DNA of 64,000 nt from Chiloscyllium plagiosum (lineage: Eukaryota): positions 25,907,257-25,971,256 of the forward strand of contig NC_057720.1 in the NCBI RefSeq assembly GCF_004010195.1. Reading direction: 5' to 3'. The notes beneath the pieces are model-generated. The model made no database searches. It was given only the letters and a program-made list of their open reading frames with translations, and was not told the origin of the DNA. The translations under genes and the position numbers were made by a program. Positions 50,812 to 63,772 of the stretch are shown one piece after another; position 1 is the first letter of the stretch, and each line of letters opens with the position of its first letter.

Positions 50812-53800
50812 ATGGCTAATGATTTGATTAAATGGTGTACCTGGAATATCAAGGGAAGTCACTCACCAATTAAGAGGAAGAAGGTACTCTTGAGTCTTAG
50901 AAAGGAGAAGATGGATATTGCTTTGTTACAGGAGACATATTTGGATGACAAGGAGCATCTGAAATTACAGCAGAATCGCTTTGACTGAGTTTATTTTTCA
51001 TCATTTAATACCAGAAGTAGGCGAGTGGCTATATTGGTAAGGAAAAATCTCTCATTTAAATTGTTGGAATGTGTTAAAGACACAAAAGGGAAGTTTGTAA
51101 TTCTTAAAGCCTTGATAAATGGGGAAGAATATGGCATTTTAAATGTTTATTGTCCCCCAGCTCATTCTCTTAAATTCTTGGTAGATGCTTTTTCTAAACT
51201 GATAAGTCTCAAGTCTTGGCACATCATTATAGGGGGAGATTTTAACTGCCTCATGGACCCCACAATAGACAGGTTGCCTAAAGGTCCCTCGATACCCTCT
51301 GCACAAACTAAACAGTTATTGGGTTTGTGTGGGGAATTAGGGTTGGTGGACATCTGGAGGTGTCTCCACCCTACAGGTAGGGATTTTATGTTTTTCTCCA
51401 ATCCGCATAGATGTCACACGAGGATTGATTTTTTTCTGACCCCTGCAGTAACCCTGGATCTGGTGGCATCCTGTACGATTGGTAATATTGCCATCTCTGA
51501 TCATGCTCCAGTGTACCTCATGGTTTAGATTAAGGATGTTACAGTGGATTCAAGGTACTGGTGAATGGACCCCTTTATTCTCATGGACAGCAAGTTTGTG
51601 GAGTATTTATCTCGGGAATTTCGGGCATTCCTAGACATCAACATAGGCTCGGTTGATAGTTCATCTGTTCTCTGGGAAACTGCCAAAGCTTATGCCAGAG
51701 GGTTAGTTATTTCATATTCTACAAGTAGGAAGCAGCAGAAGGGTGAGCAGCAACGTCTCCTTGAAGCACGGTTGAAGGCAGCCGAGAAGGCATATTTTGA
51801 CAGACCCTTGTTGGTCAAACTACAGAGGATTACGGCAATACGGTCTGCACTAAATTCTGTACTCACGCAGACGGCAAAGAAGGAGCTGGCTTTTGCAAAG
51901 CAAAGGTTATACGAACATGGTGACAAGCCAGGCAAATACTTAGCATACCTTGCCAGAAAGAGAAGTGCCCCACAAACCATTACAGTGATTAGGGAAGGGT
52001 CTGGGAACCTAACATGTGATTCTAAAAAGATTAATGTGGCGTTCCAGAGATTCTACTCTAAGTTATATCAGTCTGAGGATTGTGAGGAGGGGCAGGCCAA
52101 AATGGAATCCTTTTTTGGAGATCTGAAGCTCCTGGGTGTGAATCCTGAACAACAGTCCTTTCTCAATGCCCCATTATACTGTCAGGCCCGATGCTGAATA
52201 TGTTTAATGATTCATACAGTAATGTTTGTCTCCCACCATCTCTGAGAGAGGCCAATATTTCACTTATCCGTAAAAAAGGGAAGGATCCGGAAGATTGTGC
52301 TTCATATAGGCCCATCTCGCTCTTAAATGTGGTCTTTAAGATCCTCTCTAAGGCTCTTGCGTTAAGGCTGGAGACTGTGTTACCCTCTATTATTAAATAG
52401 GTTCAGACAGGCTTCATAAAGGGTCGCAGATCCTCCAATAACTTTAGGAGGCTGCTTAACGCAATTCAAGCATGCCGACAGCAGTCAATACAGGGATTGG
52501 CGATTTCTTTAGATGCAGGGAAGGCATTTGACCGAATTGAGCGGCCGTACCTTTTCTATACTCTAGACCGGTTTGGTCTGGGCGAAGTTTTCATAAGATG
52601 GGTAAAGGTTCTCTACAGTGTCCCTCTCGCTGCGGTCATTACCAACGGGTACGATCAAGCAATTTTGATATTTCTAAGGGCAGCCGGCAGGGTTGTCCCC
52701 TTTCACCATTACTTTTTATGTTGGTGATTGAACCGTTGGCAGAGGCCATTCGTGGGGATCTCAATATATCAGCTCCAGAAGTGGGGTCAAAATTACATAA
52801 GATCTCGCTGTATGCAGATGATGTTCTAATTTCCTTGACAAATCCAGCAGTCTCAGTACCTTGCCTGATACAATGCATTCACGCGTTTGGCGCTTTTTCA
52901 GGGTATAAGATTAATTTTGCTAAATCAGAGGCTATGCCTATGGGTGGTCTTACGAAAGAGTTGGCTCTTGAGAGTGACTATAGATTCCCATTTAGGTGGT
53001 CACAGGGGGGTTTTGTGTATTTGGGCATATTCATTACTCCAGTTGTGGACTGGCTGTTCAAAGCCAATTTTACTCAATTATTTGAAAAAATTAAACAAGA
53101 TCTCCAAAGATGGGAGGCACTTCCAGTCTCATGGTTGGGTCGGATAGCGCTTATTAAGATGAATGTTCTCCCTCGTTTGCTATACCCTTATACGGATGCT
53201 TCCCCTGATTTTCAATAAACAAACACTCAGGAGACTGAACAGTTGGTTCAGCTCCTTTATCTGCACCGTAAACGGCCCCTCATTAAATTAGCCAAACTGC
53301 AGTTGCCTCACAGATTGGGGGGAGTAGACGTTCCGGACATTAAAAATTACCAATTAAGCACGCTTTTGACCTGCATAAGTGATTGGGTTTGTGGGGACCC
53401 TCTTTCAATACGGCTAGATATTGAAGTCTCCCAGGCAAGGTGCCCCCTTACCAGTTTGCTGTTTTTGGACAAGGTGAGGACAGTTAGGGAATATTGCCAT
53501 AACCCAATAGTCATCAATACTGTTAAAGCTTGGAGGGCAATTCGGCAGAGGGAAGGCAATATTGGCAAAACATCTTTGTTTACACCTTTAGTGGGTATGC
53601 CGAGTTTTAAACCAGGTATGATAGATTCAGGATTTAAACGTTGGGCAGCTAGGGATATATCTTGCATGAGTGATTTATTTGAGGGAGATGTAATGATGTC
53701 TTTCGATCAGTTAGTACGGAAGTATGAGTTACCTAATAGAGACCTCTTTCGTTTTTTTCAAGTTATGGATTTTATTCAAAAAAGGACCACACTTTTAACT

Positions 53801-54356
53801 GATCCCTATAAATCCGACATAGAAAGAGGGATACTAAGGTCAGTACTCTATATCACCAGTTGGGGGGGTGCCACCTCAGATGAGTCTGATCGACTCTGCA
53901 AGATGTGGGAAAGAGAGCCTGGTGTTGAAGTTTCTTCAGAGGCATGGGAGGATATTTGGGAGAATGCAAGGAAGATATCAATTTGCAATAGGACCCATGC
54001 TTTACAGTTGAAGATTCTCCACAGGGTCCACTTAGCCCCAGACAGTTTGTCAAAATTTAAACAAGGGGTATCTCCCAGACAGTTTGTCAAAATTTAAACA
54101 AGGGGTATCTTCAGCATGCCGCAAGTGCAAGGTCTGTACGGGTACTCTTACCCATTGTCTTTGGTCTTGTGACAGGCTTCAAACATATTGGAGCGCTGTG
54201 GTGGGTGCAATGGAGAGGACTTTAGGTGTAGGGTTGGGGAAGTACCCTATTTCGCTCCTTTTGGGCCTGCCCATTGTATTTCCTGCAGACTCGCATAAGG
54301 CAAAACTTTTCAATATTCTTACATTCTGTGCAAGAGGAGGAACTGTGAATGTATGA
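50812..54356 (+). pseudogene. L1 ORF2 (APE, RT, Cys-rich), disrupted
   Basis: TWNIKG, LLQET, GGDFN, RIDFF, SDH; YRPISLLN, SRQGCPLSP, LYADD; CRKC..HCLWSC; multiple stops, frameshifts and an apparent deletion at about 52180. Confidence 0.9.
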
Positions 54357-55228
54357 GTGTTTTGTTTGGCTGGGCTGAGTTATTACTATTTATTTGTTTG
54401 TTGTTAGGTATTTATTTAATTAGTTAAATAGCTAGTTTAGGTTTTTTTTAAATTTTATACTTCTCTATATATGTTTATGCATTCGTATAGGAGGGTGGGG
54501 TTGGGGAATTTGTTTTTATTATTTGAGTTTAGTTTTGTACTATTTTTGTACTGTTTTGAATTGCATTGTTTTGTATTTGTTGTAATATTTAAAAATCTAT
54601 TTTTTCTTAATAAAAATATATTATATAAAGTGTATAAGTCCTGCTAAGATTTGCTTTCCCAAAATGCAGCAGCTTGCATTTATCTGAATTAAACTCCATC
54701 TTCCACTTCTCAGCCCATAATTGACTATTTCATGATCTGGCAAAGAGTCATACAGGATGAGTGTGGAACAAACACTCAGTTGAGCAATGATCACTCGACT
54801 GATGACTGTCATGTTACTTCAAAGCTAACCGTCAAAATCTATCCAGCTAGACACCCACAAGGCATGAGGCTAGACACCCACAAGGCTAGGCACCCACAAG
54901 GCACCCACAAGGGGTGTCTCAATGGGTCCAACAGTCAGGAAGGAGTTTCTCCTGAGAAACTCAAGTTACTTGGCGGAGTAAGCTTGAAGGGGCTACTCCT
55001 GCTTCTATTTTCAGTATTACTATGCCACAGAAAATGGACACTCAATGCTCTGAGAATAAGAAGCAACCTTCAGGGATATAATATGCTTCACTGGTGTTGG
55101 ACAGCGAGATTGTTTTGAAGTAAACCAGAAACTACTGGAAGAAAGACCTTAGTCTCTTACAGGATTATTTCAATGACAATTCATTGCTCTCTAAAGCATG
55201 ATGCTGCCTGAAATTTCCACAAGATTTC

Positions 55229-55613
55229 AGGCAGCACAGTGGCTCAGCGGTAGGTTGGCATGATGGCTCAGTGGTTAGCACTGTTGCCTCATAGCACCAG
55301 GGACCCAGGTTTGATGCCAGCCTCAGGCGACTCTCTGTGTGGTGTTTGCCCATTCCCCACATGTCTGCGTGGGTTTCCTTTGGGTGCTCCCGTTTCCTCC
55401 CATAATCCAAAAGATGTGCAGATTAGGTGAATTGACCATGCTACATTGCCCATTGTGTTCAGTGATGTGTAGGTTAGGTGTGTTACTCAGGGGTAAATGT
55501 AGAGTAATAGGGTAAGGGAATAGGTCTGGGTGGGTTACTCTTCGGAGGGTAAGTGTGGACTTATTGGGCTAAATGGCCTGTTTCCACAGGGTGAAGATCC
55601 TCTGATTCTATGA
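55229..55613 (+). mobile_element. V-domain SINE with duplicated A-box head
   Basis: GTGGCTCAGCGG followed by ATGGCTCAGTGGTTAGC, V domain and tail. Confidence 0.85.
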
Positions 55614-55998
55614 CTGTCAACAGCATCCTCAGAGAGTTGCATTACACTTAGATAAATTAGGAGACAGATAAAATCCAGTCATATGCAGATTACAAGAAGA
55701 TACACAAAATAATGTTCTGAAATCAGTCTACAGACTCATATCCACTGGTTTATCATTAATCCTCAATACCAACAGGTCAACACAGCTAAAGGAAACTGGG
55801 AAAATTCCAGGGAAAGTTGGGAGAGCACTATATAATCCATTCTCAATTGACTTTCGTCTATCAGTGAAAAAACATCAACAGGCTGCTCCAGATTTCCATC
55901 AATTGCATTCTTGATGACCCTCTCAGACTCTGAGACATGACAAAAACAATCAAACTCCTGTCTAGCAGCAAGTGTCTAGAATTTGATGCTATTCCAGC

Positions 55999-56343
55999 AT
56001 TGTGGTACAGTGTTAGTGCTGCTGCTTCACAGTGGGAAGGGGTGTGAGTTCAATTCCAGCCTCAGGCAACTGCCTGTGTGCAGTTTGCACATTCTCCCTG
56101 TGTCTGCATGAGTTTCCTATGGGTGCCCCAGTTACCTCCCACAGTCCAAAGATGTGCAGGCTAGGTGGATTGGCCTTGCTAAATTGCGCATAATGTTGAT
56201 GGATGTCCAGGTTAGGTGGTTTAGCCATGGTGATTTTGGGGTTATGGGGATAGAGTGTAGGTCATTGTGGGAGATTCTTTAGAAGGTTCGTACAGCCTCA
56301 ATGGGCTGAATACCCTTTACATGCACTGCAAAGATTCTATGAT
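55999..56343 (+). mobile_element. V-domain SINE
   Basis: B box GAGTTCAATTCC, V domain and GATTCTATGAT tail. Confidence 0.82.
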
Positions 56344-56612
56344 ACAAAGATGGGGGTCAATGCCTATTAAGAAACTCACTGACCTCTTTCAATCTATTTC
56401 AGTGCAAGGAAGGATCCCGCAAAAATTCAAAGATGCCTCCATTATCCAGCTGTATAGGCAGAAGGGAATTCATAAATTCTGCAACAATCTTAGAAAAACC
56501 TCACTCCTCTCCATTGTCATTTTTTTTGCCAGAATTCTTCTGACCTGCTTTGTGCAACAACTCGACCAAGATCTGTTACCATTGATTCAGTGCTAATTTC
56601 AGAAAAATTCAA

Positions 56613-59045
56613 GGGTTCAGGTGAGTGACAGTTCAGTGGGGGAGCATTTTGGGAGTAGCGACCATAATACTGTGTATTTTAAATTACTCATGGATAGAAA
56701 TAACAGCAGGCCTCAGGTGAAGATGTTAAATTAGGGAAAGGTGAACTACAAAAGTATTAGGCAGAAGCTGGAGAGTGTTAACGGGAGGGGCTGTTTGATC
56801 GGATGTGGGAGTATTTCAAACAGCAGTTGATTGGAGTTCAGGAGTGGCATGTACCTGAGAGAATGAAAGATAATTATGGTATGTTAAGTGGAACTTGGAT
56901 GACCAGGGATGTTATGACCTAGGTCAAAAATAAAAAGGAAGCATACGTAAGGTCTTGGAGGGTGGAAACTGACAAAGCATTTGAAGTATAGAAGTAGGAA
57001 AGACCTTAAACAAGAAATTAGAAAGGCAAAAAGGGGTTATGAAAATTCATTAGCAAGTAGGGTAAAGAAGAATCCCAAAGCTTGTTCAAATACATAAAAA
57101 GCAAGAGGGTTGTCAGGGAAAGAGTTGGCCCACTCAAGGACAAAATGAGGGAATGTACATGTGGAGCCAGAAGAGGTAGGTGAGGTCTTAAACAGATACT
57201 TTGTATTGTATTCAACAAAGAGAAGGAATTTTCTTTCATTCATTCATGGGATTAGGGCAGTGCTGGCTGGACCAGAATTTATTGTCCATCCCTAATTGCC
57301 CAGAGGGCGGCTGAGAGTCAATCACATTGCTATGGACCTGGAGTCACATGTAGGCCAGACCAGGTAAGGATGGCAGTTTCCTTCTGTAAAGGAAATTAGT
57401 GAACCAGATTGGTGGAAGATGATTTCAGGGAAGCGAGTGTTGAATTTCTAAACTAAGTTGCTATTAAAAAAGAAGAGGGGTTGTGCATCTTAAAAAGTAT
57501 TAAGATTGATAAGTCCTTGGTCCCTGATAGGGTCCAATACAGAATATTGAGAGAGGCAAAAAAACACATTGCTGGAGCATTGACAGACATCTTTGTATGC
57601 TTTTTGGCCACAGGTGAGGTCCCAGAGGACTGGAGAATAGCTAATGTTGTCCCTTTGTTGAAAAAGGGTAACAAGGATAATCTAGGCAATTACAGGCCTA
57701 TAAGCCACATGTCAATGATTGAGAAATTATTGGAAAAAAACTCTCAGGGACAAGATCTAGATGTATTTAGAATCAAATGGACTGATTAGAGATAGGCAGC
57801 ATGGTTTTGTGCGGGGAATGTCTTGCCTCACTAACTTGATTTGAGGAGGTGATGAAGATGATAAAGTGGTTGATGTTTTCTACATGGACTTAAGTAAAGA
57901 CTTTGACAAGGTCCCTCATGGCAGACAGGTACAAAGGTAAAGTCATATGTTGTCAGGGGTGACCTAGCAAGATGGACATAGAACTGGCTCTCTCATAGGA
58001 GACAGAGGGTAGCGATGAAAGGATGCTTTTCAGAATGGAGGGTCATGATGATGGTGTTCCACAGGGATCAGTGCTGGGACTTCTGGTGTTTGTGGTCTCC
58101 GTAAATAATTTGGAGGTAAATGTAGCTGGTCTAATTAGTAGGTTTGCAGATGATAAAAAGATTGATGGAGTTGTGGATGGTGAAGAGGATTGTTAGATGA
58201 TACAGCAGGATATATGGCAGAAAAATGGCAGATGGAGCTTAATCCGGACAAATGTGAGGTGATGCATTTTGCAAGGTCAAATGCAGGTGGCAATTGTACA
58301 GTGAATGGCAAAACCCTTATGAGTATTGACGTGCAGAGGGACCTGGGTATGCAGGTACACAGATCACTGAAGGTGGCAGTGCAGGTAGATAAGGGAGCAA
58401 AAAAGCTCTATGGTATGCTTGCCTTCATTGGAAGAGGTGTGAATATAAGGATGGACACATTATGCTGCAGCTTTATAGAACTTTAGTTCAGCCACACTTG
58501 GTATATTGTGTACAGTTCTGTTCACCACACAACCAGAAAGATGTGGATGCTTTGGAGAGGGTACAGAAAATGTTTACCAGGATGTTGCCTGATATGTGGA
58601 ATTTTAACTATGAAGAAAGGTTGTATAGACTAGGTTTGGTTTCACTGGAACGCAGGAGGTTGAGGGGTGACCTAATAGAAATTTATAAGATTGTGAGTGG
58701 TATGCATAGAGTTAAAAGAATGAGGCTTTTTCCCAGCATCAATTACTACCAGACACAGCATCAAGGTGCGAAGATAGGAATGTTTAAAAGAGATATGCGA
58801 AGCAAGTTTTTCACACAAAGGGTGGTGAGTGTCTGGAACATGCAGCCAGAGGTGATGGTGGAAGCAGACACAATGGCAGCATTCAAGAAGCACTGGGGAG
58901 TACATGAATAGGAAGGGAGTAGAGGGATACGGATCCTGTAAGTGAAGATAGTTTTAATTTGGAAAGGCAAAATGTGTCAGCGCAGGCTTGGAGGGCTGAA
59001 GGGCCTATTCCTGTGCTGTATTGTTCTTTGTTCTTCTTTGTTTGT
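56613..59045 (+). mobile_element. 5'-truncated CR1 (end of APE to 3' tail)
   Basis: VGEHFGSSDHN, VPEDWRIANVVPL, NYRPIS, LERVQKMFTRMLP; (TTCTTTG) tail. Confidence 0.9.
57228..57410 (-). mobile_element. SINE 3' half (family of 21935) inside CR1
   Basis: CTGGAGTCACATGTAGGCCAGACCAGGTAAGG antisense core. Confidence 0.78.
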
Positions 59046-59740
59046 TGGTCCACTAATGGGGTGATTGCTGTTGGACAGCTCCAGAAGAAATGCCAAGAAT
59101 CAGCCATGGGCAATTAAGTCATATTTGTTCATCTTACCAAGACCTTTGACATAGTCAGTCATGGGGGCCTTTGGTAGGTAATTGTGAAATTGAACTGACC
59201 TGAGAAATACATCTCATTGGTTTGACAAGCCAATGATGGCATGCTTGTCTATATCCTGAATGACAGTAAATTTTCTGCTTCATTCCCAATCAATAATGGA
59301 GTGAAAGAGGACTGCCTTCTAAAGCTAACCCTTTATAGCAGGTTTTTCACCTCCATGTTCCTTCCATGATGGTGATCCTAGCATTGAAACCAGATGTTGC
59401 ATGTTTGGGAAGCTGCTTAATTTGAGATGAGTCAAGTCAAAGACTCAGGTCTCCAAGAACATTCTTCACAATTTCCTGCTTTGCTGCTGACTGTACACAA
59501 GCTACCAATTCCGAGCTGGATATTCAGTGTGACATGCTTTCCAATACGTGCAGCAACTTTGTCCTTGCAATCAACAATAAGAAAGCTGAAGTAATTTTCC
59601 AATCTCTCCAGGAAAGTCCTATCTTGAAGCTAAAGTTTCAATCCATGACCAGAACCTGTCATAAGTTGTTAAGTTCTATTATCTTAGCAGTGCACTTTCT
59701 TGAATTGTCTACATTGAGTATGAGACACATGCAAGAATTG

Positions 59741-59960
59741 TGATCAGAGTGGTGCTGGAAAAGCACAGCAGGTCAGGCAGCATCCAATGAGTAGAATAAT
59801 CGACGTTCTGGGCAAAAGCTCTTCATCAGGAATTGATGAAGGACTTTTGCCGGAAACGTCGATTTTCCTGCTCCGCGGATGCTGCCTGACCTGCTGTGCT
59901 TTTCCAGCACCACTCTGATCTAAACTCTGGTTTCCGCATCTGCAGTCCTCACTTTTGCCT
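59741..59960. mobile_element. Inverted PLE pLTR insertion with two opposed decayed HHRs and a 14-bp TSD
   Basis: ACATGCAAGAATTG at 59727-59740 and 59961-59974; HHR remnants at 59802-59829 (-) and 59833-59860 (+). Confidence 0.88.
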
Positions 59961-61090
59961 ACATGCAAGAATTGCCATAGCCAAGTGTAGCCTCATCAGA
60001 CTTTAACCATCAATCAGGGAAAGAAGAAAAGCGAATCTACTCACCAAAATGAAAATCTATAGAGCAATCTCCCTCTCACACTGCTTTAGATCGACGAAAC
60101 TTGAACAGTGTATGCCTGCTGTATCCATGCAAATCTAACTTCCATAACCCTGCTTTCTCTGTCAGAAATTTACCTTCCAGTTTCACATAAGCACATGTAC
60201 TAGAAAAAATCCAGGCCTTCAAGATACTTAGTCTGTTAAACAGATTAACGCCTGAATTCTTGTGGTTAGCAATATTTAGAGTCTATGGGGCAATATATCA
60301 ACCTTCTGAGAAGTCGTGGTGATGAAAATACCTGAAGAAGACAACTACTACAAAGATACATCACCATTTACTATAACAAAGCTACAAAAATTCATAGAAC
60401 TATTAAAACTCGACAAGTGCTGTCTGCACTTTAGTGTTAAAATGCTTGCATGTAAATCTTTAACTTCCAAAGAAATTCTTCAATTTCACCAAAAACACTG
60501 AGTAAAATACATATTTGTTTAATATTTCTGGTATCAGACACAGTCTTGTTGGGAACCTTAATGATTGAACTATCAACACTGAGATATTTCAGGCCATTTA
60601 TTTGTTTGTTAGCTTCTCAGGACCAACTAAAACAAGGATGTAGCACTCATTACAGGTAATCCATGCCAACTTTATATTCCTTCATTTTTATTCTGTGGCT
60701 CTACTGACTTATTTCCTATTTTTGGCAAGCAATGTCTGTCTGTAAGAACCTTCATGTTTGAATGACCATTAGTGCCTTCTTTTCCTTGCATTCCATTTGA
60801 CACAGATTCCATTTTGAGTACAGATTTAAAACTATTCCCAGGGCATTCTTCCTAAACTACGCTGGGGAACAAAGAAAAAGATCCACACACAATAATTCCC
60901 CAAGAAAGCTTCTAGTCTTTTGCCTTCATTTTGCCCCTATGGTTAGATTTTTACTTGTTTGCACGAGTTAAATAACAGCAGTAATGATGCCCATTGTCAT
61001 TTAAACTCACTTACCTCAGTTGAGAAGTGTTATTTGTTTCAGGTGCAGTAAGAAAAAGAAAGTTGGCGCTGGTATATCTGTCAATCAATT

Positions 61091-61760
61091 ATAGAGTCAT
61101 AGAGTGTACAGCATGGAAACAAACCCTTCGGTCCAACCCATCCATGCCGACCAGATATCCCAACCCAATCTAGTCCCACCTGTCAGCACCCGGTCCATAT
61201 TCCTCCAAACCCTTCCTATTCATATAGTTATCCAAATGCCGCTTAGATGTTGCAATTGTACCAGTCTCCACCATTTCCACTGGCAGCTCATTCCATACAC
61301 GTACCACCCTCTGCGTGGAAAAGTTGCCCCTTAGGTCTCTTTTCTATCTTTCCCCTCTCACCCTAAACCTATGCCCTCTAGTTCTGGACTCCCCGACCCC
61401 AGGGAAAAGACTTTGCCTATTTACCCTATCCATGCCCCTCACAATTTTGTAAACCTCTATAAGGTCACCTCTGAGCCCCAGATGCTCCAGGGAAAACAGC
61501 CCCAGCCTATTCAGCCTCTCCCTGTAGCTCAAAACCTCCAACCTTGGCAACATTTTTGTAAATCTTTTCTGAACCCTTTCAGGTTTCTCAACATCTTTCT
61601 GACAGGAATGAGACCAGAATTGCACGCAATATTCCAACAGTGGCCTAACCAATGACCTGTACAGCCGCAACATGACCTCCCAACTCCTGTACTCAATACT
61701 CTGACCAATAAAGGAAAGCATACCAAACACCTTCTTCACTATCTATCTACCTGTGACTCT
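61091..61760 (-). mobile_element. 5'-truncated CR1
   Basis: ORF 61344..61739 is the CR1 ORF2 C-terminus; tail at 61091. Confidence 0.9.
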
Positions 61761-63149
61761 ACAATTTTCTTGCAGTTACAGAAACAACCAGGACATTGAG
61801 GGTGAGAATAAAAAATCACAGTCTCAGATGAAAAAGGCTTTTGGATAGTGAATGGCCATGAAAAGAGAATGATCTAAAATTATTAATGCAACATTTTGTT
61901 AAACTATTGAAAATAGAACAAGCAGATGTCATGTTAGAAAACTGCACTTTGAAAGCAGCAAAGCACATTGAGTATTCAAAGGTTGCAGTTCCCTGAGGCA
62001 ACGCAGCAATGCGTCAGTTAAGTTTTCCACCTGGAAAGGCTGTCATTTGTATATCGTGCCAAACTTCAAATTAACCCCAGGCCAAATGTGTGCAGGCATC
62101 TGTATGTGTCCCTCCTGTTTTCTTTTCAGTAGATGGGAGTGAGGGTTGGGGGAGGGGGATTGGGGTGGAGGCAGAGGGGCTGGTGGTTGTGTGTGTGAAT
62201 TGCACAGGCATAGGAGAAAGTTTTAACTTCTGACTCATCAAAATGGTAAGAATATGAGGACTCCTTTTGCCATTAATACATGGAAATGAAGAATCAATTG
62301 CTACAGCTCAGCTGGTGGATTGGTGTCCATCATGAATTTTCATATTCACAGTGGAAGGCAACTGAAAGGGGGGTCCTCCTGCATATGGACAGTGCCATTG
62401 TTTTTACAAAGCAGGCTGCCTGATGATTATATAAGCTGACATGATCCAAATTGGACCTTAATGTTGATGTTTCTCACTAAATATAAACTTCATTATAAAC
62501 TTCAGTTTATAAACTAAATATAAACTGAATTTTATGAGTCACTGCAGGCTGGGTAAACTGTTATCTTGGTGTGCCATGCTATGGATTGCCTTGTTATTCA
62601 ATTGTGGACACACAGTAATTTTATAGGTGACAACAAGCCATCAGGTGGAATACCAGTCTAAAAATGGGTGACAAACGGCCAACCCAGGGCAGCATCTTGC
62701 CATTTCTCTGAATTCATTGAGCGACATGATGTGATACAGACAGCATATTTTAGGATGTGTCTGTATTTTGTATAACTATTATCCAATTAGCAAGGGAACT
62801 GTAAGCAGTATGCGCTATATCAGATGGCAAACAAAATCAAGCAGTGTAGACAGATAATGGTCTGCATTTGAAATTAGATACTACCTCACTAGAATTTGTT
62901 CTTCATTGTTCTCTCTAGGCATGAAGTATTGATCTGGAAGAAATTTAAACTCCAGTTCAGCTTGGGATGAAAGTGATCTCCATACCTTAATAATTGGACT
63001 GGAGTTTTTACAACACCTCTGTAAACAATTCAAAGCAGCTTGCACAGAATTACTGTTCTGGTTCAGCTGTTATAATGATTCAGCTGTTGACCAATTATGA
63101 TACCTGCATAGATGTAAATTCTGCACTGCATCAGAGTCTGGTTGCATTG

Positions 63150-63470
63150 CAGTCCTTCACGAGTGATAACACATTGCACATTTGTTTCAAAGTAATGAAT
63201 ATATTTTCAAATGCCTTCCATGACCTCACAACTCCATCTCTGCAACCTCCTCTCCTCCTACTATCTGTGATATCTCTGCTTGTCCAGCTCTGGTCTCTTG
63301 AGCATCCCCAATTATCACTGTTCCACCTTTGGTCTCCATTTTTTCAGTTGCTGTGGTTCCACGTTCTGGAACTCCTTCCCTAAATATCTATAACTTTTTA
63401 CCTCACCTTCCTTCTTAAAGATAGTCCAAAAACCTATTGCTTTGTTCAAGCTTCTGATCATCTGACCCAT
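63150..63470 (+). mobile_element. L2-type LINE 3' remnant
   Basis: TTTTCAAATGCCTTCCATGACCTCACAACTCCATCTCTG..TCTGGAACTCCTTCCCT..TTCTTAAAG pattern. Confidence 0.5.
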
Positions 63471-63772
63471 GTATTTAATAGATTTGATGCAATTTATTGT
63501 TTCAAATAAAATGCCTTTTATGATATTTATTCCAATGACAGATGTTAAGCCTGAAGTTTTACTCTCCAAGGACCTTGTCTAACTTGCCAAGTGTTTTCAG
63601 CATTTTCTGCTTTTATTTCAGATTTCCAATATCTGCAGTATTTGGCGTTTATACAGTGTATTTTTAATTCTCTTTATCTTTATTTTTGCTTCTCTTTGAC
63701 GTGCACTGCATATCAAATCTTGGCACCTCAGAAATTTAGACATTAATGGGTATAGTGTAGAAACAAAACTTT

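Larger units (their letters stand above)
49277..54627 (+). mobile_element. Full-length L1-clade LINE (about 5.35 kb) with 16-bp TSD
   Basis: AAGTGTATAAGTCCTG at 49261-49276 and 54628-54643; ORF1, spacer, ORF2, T-rich 3' UTR and AATAAA at 54609. Confidence 0.93.
48562..54718 (-). mobile_element. CR1 3' fragment (48562-49276 plus 54628-54718) split by the L1 insertion
   Basis: ORF 48637..49197 is the CR1 ORF2 C-terminus; CR1 text resumes CTAAGATTTGCTTTCCCAAAATGC after the L1. Confidence 0.88.
55615..60110 (+). mobile_element. Degenerate RTE-clade LINE in pieces (55615-55998, 56344-56610, 59050-60110), host to four younger inserts
   Basis: DKIQSYAD, IPQKFKDASIIQLYRQKG, LLPLIQC, QLQKKCQE, FVHLTKTFD and NNGVKEDC. 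Confidence 0.78.

Noticed and set aside
62480..62535. TATAAACT repeated four times
   Set aside because: AT-rich low complexity with no supporting context
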